Source of the DNA: a bacterium
GTDB lineage: Bacteria > UBA9089 > CG2-30-40-21 > SBAY01
NCBI GenBank assembly: GCA_040757115.1
Contig: JBFLYA010000013.1
Coordinates: 1-35,259 of the forward strand
DNA length: 35,259 nucleotides
Reading direction: 5' to 3'
A model generated the notes under the pieces. The model was not told where the DNA came from, made no database searches, and saw only the letters and a list, made by a program, of their open reading frames with translations. Below are positions 7,358 through 19,300 of this stretch, piece after piece (the first letter of the stretch is position 1; each line of letters starts with the position of its first letter). The translations under genes were made by a program, and so were the position numbers.

Positions 7358-10300
7358 TTATCGCATGACTGCCAATTTACCTGTTTTTGAACTTTTATCA
7401 TCTCTGATGAAATAAATATAGATTCCAGAGGCAACTCTCTCTCCCGCAGAATTATGACAATCCCATTCCACAATCCCATCTCCTCCTGAATCTTCCTCTT
7501 TCTCATAGACTAACTCACCCGCAATGTTGAATATCTTTAAACTGACTCTTGTATTTTGCGGCACGACAAAAAATACCTTCTTGCCTTTAGCCGGATTAGG
7601 ATAGCAGTAAGACTCAGCTACACTATCTAATGCCGACACTTCCTTAATTGGTCCACTACTAACTATCAGGCTATACTCACCTACATTGCCACTATAACTC
7701 TCTTTCTTGCGCATATCAATCAGATTATCTCTATCCTTTAAGTAGAGATAGTATTGGAGTGGCACAGTGGTAATATCCCAACTTATCTCTACTTTCCCTG
7801 GCTCACCTACCTGCTCTACCCTAAATTTCCATTCCTTGTTTGTTTCTACTTCACTGCGATAGTCAGAGCCATATTCACCTTCCGTCGGTGAAATGAAGTA
7901 ACACTTGAGATACGCAGGAGCGAATTCTCCTTCCTCTACTGGTAACATTGGGATTTCAGCAATATCATAGCCATCATCGTAGGTATCGCTTGCCTCAGGG
8001 CTAACGCCAGCAAAGTTAAATCTATCAGTCAGGCTACCCGCCTTAACGGATAGATGAATTGCCCAGCCATCTTTATGCTCAAGTGGGTTAAATTCATCCA
8101 CTTCACTCTCACTACGAACTTCATTATTCACAACCCACTCCTCTATCGGGCAGAAACTCTTCCCCTCTTGAGAGGGGTCAGGGGTGTGTTTCCCACCTAT
8201 CTCCTCTGCTGGAACGAGCATCTCGCAATCCACCGTCACCGGGATAAAATATCCTATCCAAGGACGAATTACCCCAGGATACGGCACCATCTTAAATCCC
8301 GTGCCATCATAATACCATAATGAACTCTTTATCCAGCCATTTACATAAGCCGTCACCGGGTCAACTACCTCTACTCCTTTGCGAAACTTTACCTGCTCAT
8401 TCAAAGCCACCGGGTAAAGATATGGGTGTCCAATATGATTCCACCTTTCAGGCAGACCGCCTTTTAATGGAATAACATAATAACCAGAAGGATTAGTCGA
8501 ACTCCCATAAACAATAATTTCATTATCTTTATCTGCGGTAATCCCATAGCCTATCTCCGGGGCAAAGTTTGGGACAGTTGAATCTGGCGGATTATGAATG
8601 ACCCAATTATTCCCATCAAAATAGACTAATCTGACATTTTGCTCAAAATTACCCCAATTCCACAACACACCTGCGGGGTCAGGATTCCCGGGATGAACAG
8701 GAACAGAGATGGATTTGTAAGTTGGATAGATAGCACCAATTTTACCGGAGCTAACTGTGCCATAAGTAATCGTCGTCCAGATAGTTGATAAAGTGTCATT
8801 CTTGCCATCAGTTGCCCAGATAGCGTAAAGTAACCCTCGCATAGTGACATTAGATGCCGCAATAGTACCTTTGTAAAGGTCATCTCCAATATTAACCATT
8901 TGAGTAAAAGAAATCGTTTTAGTCCCACCTATCTTCCAATAAAGAATTGCCTCATTAACCTTTACATTATCCGTTATAGTAGCTACAACCTCCATTGGCA
9001 ATCCAGCAGGTGCTGAAGGAATAAATTCATGCAAGATAATCGGTGGAATAGTATCTTCTGTTATCACAAAGTAAGAGATACAAACCTCATTGCTTTCTAT
9101 CCCTCTTACTAAAATAGTAGTCGTCCCTGCTGATTGTGTATCAACTGTAAAGGTTACGGAGAAACTACCAGCCTCCATTGAGATACAGGCAGCAATAGTC
9201 CCGGTTGTACCAAAATCTATCCGTATTTGCTCATTAGCTTTATATCCTATACCTTTTACTTCAACTTTACTTCCTACTGTACCACTTGTAGGAGATATCC
9301 AAATTATAGTTCCTTTAATACAAAAATAGACTTTAGTAGATAACCACTTACTTCTGGCAATAACTGTTTTACTCCCAGCAGATTGAGTATCCACAGTAAA
9401 AATAGTCTTAAAAGTACCATTAGCATAACTTGTAGTAAAAGTAATTGATGAAGTGAGTCCAAAATCTATTTCTATAAGTTCTGAAGCAAAATATCCAGTA
9501 CCTGATATAGTAACAATACTACCGATAGAGCTAGAGGTAGGATTTAAGATAATCTCAGGTAAAACAGTAAATATAGCTTTATCCACACAGCCTGCTTTAA
9601 TACTCTTAACAATAATCTTCTTTGGTCCAAATGGTTGTATATCAATACTAAAAGTAGTACAAAATGTACCTAAAGAACTTGCAGTGGTGATAGCAATACT
9701 TGAAGTGATACCAAAATCAATTACTATTGTATCTCTTGCCCCAAAACCATTACCTGCTATAGTTACAATACATCCTACTGTTCCAGAGGTAGGGGAAAGA
9801 TAAACAATATTGCCTGAGATAATAAACTCTGCTTTATCAATCTGGTCTTTATTTATAGCAGTAATAACAGTAGTAGTTCCTTGAGGCTGAGTATCCACAG
9901 TAAAGGTGACCTTAAAAGACCCATTAGATTCAGTATAAGTAGTAACAATACTTTTTGTCATCCCAAAATCAATTCGAAGTTCTGCATTTGAAGAATAACC
10001 ATCCCCTTGTAAAGTTACAACTATTCCAACACTACCAGAAGTAGGAAAGATAGAGTTGATTTTAGGTTTGATAAAGAAAATATCTGTCTTACTTACCATC
10101 GATGTAAGTCCAGTGACTATAATAGAAGTAGTGCCATAAGGTTGCAGATTGGTAGTAAACGAGACAGCAAAAATACCTGATTCATTACTTACAGCAGTAG
10201 CGATAGTCTGGATAGTACCAAAATCAATCCTTATAAACTCATTAGCACCATAGCCTATTCCTCTAATTGTAATCATAGTTCCAACTGTACCACTGACAGG

Positions 10301-13300
10301 ACTAGTCCAGAGCATACCATCTTTGATATAGAAACAAGTAGTGAGTATCAATCCAGACTCACTTCTAACTACAATTGTTTTCATACCATAGGCTTGAGTA
10401 TCCAGTCTAAAGAATGTAGTAAAACTACCATAAGTATCTGTCTTTGCATCAGAGATAGTTTTAGTAGTCCCAAAATCTATCCAGATTAATTCTGATGAAT
10501 AGTATCCATTGCCTTTTACAGTAACTATACTATCTATTTCACCAGAAGTAGGAGTAATTTTAATATTTGGTAAGATAAAGAAACTATTTATATCTTTATC
10601 TATATAATTAACTTCAATACTTCTAACTACTATTGTCTTATCTCCATAAGGTTGAAGATCAACCATAAACTGAGTACTAAATGTCCCAACATAACTTGCA
10701 GTAGTAAGTTCAATTGTCATCGAGGTACCAAAGTCAATACATATTATATCATTTGACCCAAAACCGTTACCTTCTATGTTTACAATACTTCCTACCGTAC
10801 CTAAAATAGGTGAAATATAAGTAATATTGCCTAAGATAATAAATGTAGTTTTATCAACTTCTTCTTTACCTACACCTAAAGTTACTATTGTAGTAGTCCC
10901 GTAGTTTTGAGTATCAATAGTAAATGTAGTTCGAAGTAAACCACTTGACATAACAGTAGTAGTTACAATAGTCAAAGTTTTCCCAAAGTCAATCCGTACC
11001 ATTTTACCTGAAGAATAACCTAGCCCTTTTATCTCTACAATTGTTCCAACTGAAGCAGAAGTAGGTGTAATTGCAATAATCTTTGGTTTAATAAAGAAAG
11101 AAATAGTAGCACTTGAGCCAGTCTTAAGCCCAATAGCACAAATAGATGTACTACCATAAGGTTGTGTATCAATTCTAAAGCTACTAATAAATCTACCCAT
11201 TATATCACTTTCTTCAGTAGCAATAGTTGAAGTTGCCCCAAAATCAATTTGTATAAGTTCACTCTTTCCAAATCCATTACCGAATATAGTAACTTCAGTG
11301 CCAATTGTACCCTTAGTAGGCGTAAGTAAGGTAATATTTGATTTAATAGTAAAGATACCTTTAGATTTTATATTTAACCAATCTTGGACAGCAACTATAG
11401 TAGTCTTACCGTAGGCTTGAGTATTAATAGTAAAGGTAGTAGTAAAAGTGCCATTAACAGAGGTAGAGGTAAGTTGGATACTCGGTATAGTACCAAATTC
11501 TATTCTTATACGCTGAAATGCTACATAGCCATTACCAGCCAATGTTACAATACTACCTATTGTACCTTCTTTAGGAGATATGAGAGTAATATTTGGTTGA
11601 GTTTGAAATCTACTTAATGCACTAATCTCTTCATTTTCATAGGCTATTATACTAATCTCAGCATAAGTCTTGGTATCAATTGTAAAGGTAGTACTAAAAC
11701 TTCCAGTTATATCAGTAGATGTAAGTTGAATAATAGCTGTAGTCCCAAACCTTATCTTTATACTCTGATATGTGCGGTAACCATTACCTGATAGGGTTAC
11801 TATTGTACCTATCGTACCCTTTTTAGGCGAGACTAATGTAATATTTGGCTGGATAAAGAAGTAAGATAAAACAGGATTTGATGAATTGGTACCAATAACT
11901 CTAATGGTAGTACTTCCATAAATCTGAGTATCTATGGTAAATGTAGCCTTAAAATATCCTACATTATTGGCTACTACATTAGTAATACTTTTAGTAGTAC
12001 CAAAATCAATTCTTATTAACTCACTACCAGCAAAACCATCACCTCTTATTGTAATAATACTTCCTATTGTGCCAGTGGTAGGTAAAATAGAAGATATTTT
12101 AGGTAAGACAAAGAAATAATTCATAAATACCTGGTTAGATATAGCTTGAATTGTAACAGTAGTGGTACCATAGCTTTGTGCAGTAGCGGTGAAATAGGTT
12201 AAAAAAGTACCTATCGAAGTTGAGCTACAAACAATAATTGTACTAATATTACCGAAATCTATCACTATTCTTTCTCTTGCTCCAAAGCCATTACCAGATA
12301 CAGTAATAGTCGTTCCTAATGTACCACTTGTAGGTGTTATTAAAGTAATATTTCCTGTGATAAAAATGCAACTAGAGGTACTTACATTAGATATTAAACC
12401 TTTAGCAACAATAGAAGTACTCCCATAAATTTGGGTATCAATAGTAAACATAGCAGTAAATGTACCTAAGATACTACTTGTAGTCAAGGTAATAGTAGAA
12501 CTTATCCCAAAATTAATTATAATTGGCTCAATTGTTTCATACCCTTCACCAGTTACAGTAATTTTAGCCCCTACTGAACCACTTACAGGCGATACTAAAG
12601 TAATCTTTGGTTCTAATGTTCCTATTGTGATGTAGAAATAAGCAATTGTTTTTACACCGCTACTATTCCCTCTTACGACAATAGTTTTTGTCCCTGCTGA
12701 TTGCGTATTTACAGTAAAATTAATACTAAAAGCCCCAACAGAATTGGAATAGGTAGTAGCAATACTTTTAGTCTGCCCAAAAGCTACTAATATCTCTTCA
12801 CTTACTCCATGACCATTGCCTCTAATTGTAACAATAGTACCTATCGAACCAAGAGTAGGTGTAAATTGGGTAATTTGTGGTAAAATAAAGAATTTCTCCA
12901 TAGCAGTCTTATTAGAACTTAATCCAATAGCTATAATAGATGTAGACCCGTAAGGTTGGATATCAACAGTTAAAATGAGTTCAAAATTACCTAAACTATT
13001 ACTTATAGTGGTAGCGATGCTAAGTGTAGTCCCAAAATCAACTCGTATGCCTTCTGATGCATTAAAATTTGCCCCCTCTATACTAACTATACTGCCTACA
13101 CTACCTCTAATAGGAGTAATCAAAGTTATCTTAGTATTTGCTATTTTTACTTTAACCTCTTCTACATTTTCATCTTCACCATCAGTAGCAATTAATTTAA
13201 GTGTGTATATACCATTTGGAATAGTAGTAGTATCCCATGGAGTTAAAGTACCGAGTTCAACAGGTGTATTTGATGTAATAATAGTATTCCAATCTGTGGA

Positions 13301-16300
13301 ACCTTTACTCTCTACATTTTCCTGTCTATATTTTAGGGAATAATAAGATAGTTTTGAAAGTATTACCTCTTTATTTACACTTACATTATCCTTTGCCAAA
13401 CCTATAATTTCAGCTTTACCTTTTAATTGTTGGTCTAAAATAGGAGAGATAATATTAGCCGCAGGAACATCTTTATCAGGATAGTCCATTATACAGATAT
13501 TTGAACTATCGTGTGTTCTTTCATAATTAAGCAATAATTTAGTTCCATCAGGAGATAGGCTAAAATATCCTATTGCATAAATTCCATCAGTATCAATATT
13601 AGTCAATTGAACTAACTCAGCTTCTTTTCCATTATTAACTACTTCCTCTATATTATTAATTATCCACGCGTCATACGGAAATCCAGCAGGAGGGATTCTT
13701 TCTTTCATTAACTCTTTAGATATATTATTTATTTTTGGAAAACGGGGTGGCCAGCCTGTAGTTGACAGAAATGCCAGTTTTTTACCATCTGGTGAGAAAC
13801 CAACAGGAATGTCAAATGCTGGATTATATGTAATTTGCAGTGTAGTAGGTGTAGCATTATTATAAATCACCTCCTGGATATTTGTAATTATGCATATTTC
13901 CCAATTACCAAAGTACCAGTCTAAATCTTCATTTTTTGCATAAGCTAACCATTTACCATCAGGCGACCAGCAGATACCGAGTTCCAATGCATCATCAGTA
14001 TTAGTTATCTGGTGTAATTCTGGATTAGCACCTTCATTAATTATCTCATCTATATTACTTGCTACCCAGACATCGTAATCAGAATAAAATGATAACATCT
14101 TATTATCCGGGGACCACCAACCTGGGTCATTCTCGAAACCACCTGCATCAATCTGAATTAACTCTGGTGAAGTTCCAGTTGCAATTACATCCTGGATATT
14201 AGTTACAAGCCAAATATCCCTCTCAGACTGAAATGCAAGATAACTTCCATCAGGAGAGAATCGAGGATTATAACAACTTTCTTTGCCTACATTTAGTTGT
14301 CTTTGATTATTTCCATCTGAGTCCATTATCCAAATACTTGAAGGCCATGTCCTAAAAGAATGAAATACTATTTGAGTCCCATCAGGTGAAAGACAACTGC
14401 TTAAGTCCATTGCTGAAGTAGTTAATTGATACATATTACTTAAAAAATTAATTTTAATAGTATCTATCTGATTTGAACTAAGCCCTATAGCAGTAATAGT
14501 AACAATTCCACTTACTGAATACCTTGCAGTAAAAACAGAAGAAAAAGTACCTGCTGGGTTACTTATAATAGTGGTAATGCTATGAATAGTTCCAAAATCA
14601 ATTCTTATCATCTCATTTTTACCAAAGCCATTACCTTCTATTGTAACAGGAGTGCCTACACATGGGTTATGAGGATAAACTTTAGTTAGCTGACCTATAA
14701 TACTAAATTTACCCTTAGCCACTAATCCAGAAGTTACCCCAGTAGCCATAATAGTTTTTGTGCCAAAATATTGGGTATCAATAGGAAAAGTAATAGAGAA
14801 AGTCCCTCCAGCACTACAAGTAACTATGTTAATAGTTTTAGTTGTACCAAAATCTATTCTAATTAATTCTGAGGCAACAAAATCCTTTCCTTCAACTGTT
14901 ATTACCGTACCTATCACACCACTATCTGGAGATATTAATGTTATTTTAGAATTTATTACTCTTATTACCACCTCTTCTACCCCTTCATCCTCTCCATCAG
15001 TAGTAGTAAGTTTAATAGTATAGAGTCCATTTTCTAAATCCGATACATCCCAGATAGCTAATGTACCATTATCTACCTGCGTATTGGATGTAACAATTGG
15101 TATCCAGTAATCTGAATTTGTACCCAGACTATACTCGCCAGTGTAAGATAATAATGTAGAAAGTACTGTATTATTAACACTTACATTATCTTTAGCCGTC
15201 CCTTTAATTATAGATTTACCTTTTAATACTTGATTTAGTATAGGTGAAATGATATTAGTTGCCGGGGCAGCTTTTTTATCATAAGGGTAATCCATCTCCC
15301 ATACATCCCAGTTACCAGCACGATAAGACCCAATAAGTATTTTTGTTCCATCTGGAGACCAACTACAGACACCTTCAGTAATCAAGGAAGGGATTAAATG
15401 CTCAAGTTCTAATTCTGCTCCTTTATAAATCACATCCTTTATATTAGTAATCACCCAGCAGTTCCATCTTCCAGGGTGATTATCTTTAGTTGAAGTAAAT
15501 GCATATTTTTCTCCATCTGGTGAAAACACACCATCACAATCATATTCTTTGAAATTTGTCAATTGTAATAACTCTGGCTGGGCATTTTTAAATAACACAT
15601 CCTGAATATTCTTTATCATCCATGCCTCTGGGTCCCCACTTCGAGTAGAATAAAATGATAATACTTTACCATCCGGTGACCAACCACCGGTTACATCCCA
15701 CTCAGGACCAACTAATATATCTTTTATAATAGGAGTAGTATCATGATTTATTACATCCTGGAGATTAATAACCGCCTTAATATCGGCAATAGGATATTCT
15801 ATATTCCAGCAACTAAATGTCATTACATTAGCATCAGGAGAAGAGACAGAAGCAAGTCCTTGTGTACCTACTACCCTAATTTCATCTGGAGGAGTGCCAT
15901 TAATTACCTCTTTAAAATTCTTTATTATATAGATACCCTCTTCAGGTCCTATTTGGTGAGTTTTCAAATACTTGCTATAAACCAACATCTCACCATCAGG
16001 TAAAAAGCCAAGAGGGGTACAATGATATTCCTCATCCTTGATTATCTCCTTTTTATTCTTACCATCTGCATCCATTATCCAGATAGTATATGAGTCATCT
16101 TCAGATTGCCTCGCATAAACTATCATTTTACCATCTGGTGAATAACCTGCTGGACTTTCATTACAGGTATCTGTGGTTAACTGCCTGAGATAAGGTGGAT
16201 TGATTACCTCCTCTACACATACTACTGGTTGATTAGTAATAGGTGTAAGAATTCCTCCTTCTCCCTCTGATTTTATAATAAAGGTATTGGTTCCTAAAGT

Positions 16301-19300
16301 AATAGTACCCTGTGGTGTACCTATATACATTATAGTAAATGTACCTTCAGCAAACATTTCCTCAATAGGTATTATAACGGTTGAACCTACAATACTACGG
16401 TATTTTAAAATCACTTCAGGTCCCGGAGTAACTGTTATCGCCCAATCAGGAGGTATAGTCCAGTTAGGTGGTATAGTTAAAGTAACCGTTCCATTACTTA
16501 AATCTGCCTCTGCTGTATAAGTGATATAAAATACCTCAGTAATATCTACTATTGTCCTATCTGGCTCTATCTTTGCGATCCCACTACCATCTGCCGGTTT
16601 CTCGATTATATTAAATATCCCAGTAGCATTATGCCCATATTTAACACTTGTAGCTGTAATATCAACTGGTCCTATAGCTTGTGTATCAACTATAAAAGTA
16701 GCTATAAATTTACCGTAAGCGTCTGATGTAGTAATTAAGATAGTTTTAGTAGTGCCAAAGTCTATCTGTATTGGTTCTGTTGGATAATACCCCTCCCCTG
16801 CTATCGTAACCTTAGTACCAACAAACCCTGATACTGGAGATACCAGCGTTATCCCTGGTCCAATTACAATAGGCCCATAGCTAATATTTGTAGGAGTGCC
16901 AATAGCCTCTATTCCGTATTCATCTTTTGCCTCAAAATAGTAGCTATAAACTCCACCAGATTGCAATTTAAAAACACACCAGTAGTTTTCACCTTCTATA
17001 TAATCCTTAGTTGGCTCAACACGCATTTCGGCTTCCCCGATAGTAGTAGTTCCTTTAAGAATGCATATCTTAGGATAATCAGAATAAGGGGGAGCATTAT
17101 CCTCATCTTTATATTTTACCTTGAAAGTAAAATATGTTTCGCGAGCAATGCCTTCATGTGGTTCTAATCCATCTTTTTCATAACCTGGGGTACCTCTCCA
17201 TTCTAATTCAGGTGCATGACTTATCTTTGGACCGGTTTGAAGCAAGATAAAAAAAGGACCTCTAGCTTCTTCACCCTTACTATCTTTAGCATAGAACTTA
17301 TATTGATAGATACCAACTTCATCTAAGACTATGGATATAGTAAATGTTGCACCTTTTAAATAATTCCCATTAACAAAGTTCATACTATAAGTCCCTTCTC
17401 CATAAGGTGCACCATCTTTATAGATAAGTAGTGCTGGATAACCTGAGGCAGGTGGGTCAATATTAATATCCCGGTATGCGGTACGAAAAGTAAATGTAGT
17501 CCCTGGAGTACCACGATTTGGTTCAAGGCCATCTATATAATCTTTTTCATCTGGCATAAATAACAAAGGTGCAAGGTTTGTCCCTTCTACTATCGGCCCA
17601 TCTTTAGAAACAGTTGGAGTCCCGGTACCAATAACCCCTTGTTCATTTTTAACCTCAAAGTAATAACTATATGCCTCACTGGCATAAGAAAATCGAACTT
17701 TGTTTGTAGAGTATACCACCCCTTCCGCATAATTATTACCATTTTCCTTGATTAATGTATATCCATCTGATATTAAAAATCCTCCTAGACAAACATAGAC
17801 CCTCGGATAACCCTCTGCTGGTGGGATATTATCAATATCAGTATATAATACTTTATAAGTAAAGTATCCTGTAGGTCCTACATCTGGCTCTACACCATCA
17901 GAAATATACCCTCCTTCACCTATCCAGGTTAATGTCGGAGAGCCTATTATTTTAGGTCCTGAGTGGCTTATAGTAGGACTACCTTTTGCCAGAATTTCAT
18001 CTATATTCTTTGAAACAAATTGATATGAATATAGCCCTGTCTCAAGATTAGCTATTTCAAAACTATACAGTTTACCATCCTTATAGTCAATATCTTGTGG
18101 ATTTACTTCTTCCATAATAAATGGGCTATTTTGTAATTCCCGGCCACCTCTAAAAATCCTTACCTCTGGATACCCTGTTAGTGGTGGTCTGTCAAGATAA
18201 TCAATATATTTTACTCGATAGGTATAAGTTCCAACTAATCGCTCTCCTTCTTCTGGGTGAAGTCCATCCTGTTCATAATTTTCCTCACCTGTCCAATCTA
18301 AAATCGGATATTCATAGGCTACAAATATAGTAAATTCAATAATCTGATTAGAACTAATACCTCTTACTCTAACGGTTTTTGAACCGATAGGTTGAGAATC
18401 AACAGTAAAGGGAATCTTGAAAACACCAGATAAATTTGTCACTCCAGTAGCAATAGTTTTAGTAGTACCAAAGTCTATTACTATCTCTTCTGAAACCTCA
18501 AACCCTACTCCTTCTATACTTACTATTGTTCCAATTGTACCAATTACAGGACTAATTAAGACAATACTCCCTTTAATACTAAAAGTGCCTCTTAGAGTTA
18601 CCTCAGAACTTAATCCTACGGCACAGATAGTCTTTATACCAAAACTCATGGTATCAATAGTAAATATTGAAGAAAAACTACCCGTAGCATCTGCGTATGA
18701 AGAGGTGATAGAAACAGTCGTTCCAAAGTCTATTCGGATTAATTCTGAGGCAAAGAAGTCCTCCCCATGGACAGTAACTACACTACCAACAGTACCAGAA
18801 TCAGGCAAAATAGTTATCGTTGGTGTACCAACCTTTAAAATGAGTGTTTGCGTAGATTTATTATACCCATTATCTATACCTGTAATTAATAACTCTTTTA
18901 TACCAGGATTTACCTCTGATACTATTGCTTGATAAGAATATATATCGTTACCTATATAACTCATTGCTTGACTACCAGCACCTCCAATTGGTGCAATATC
19001 AACCATAACCTCTACAATTCCATATTTATCTATTACCTTTGAGGATAAAGTTACCGTAGCTCCAACTGGGACAACTCCTGGTATAGCTTTTGGATTGGTT
19101 ATTTCAGGTGGAGTGTTATCAACTATTACTTTATCTCTTTGTTGAGGTGCATGATAATTCATTATATTCACAGCATCTATTTTATATGTATATTCATCAT
19201 CTTCTACGACTATATTACTATTATCTTTACCATCCCAGATTTCTGTATTAGTTCCTGAAGGTTTATTTACTTCTACTATTAAATCACGCACTAACTCATG

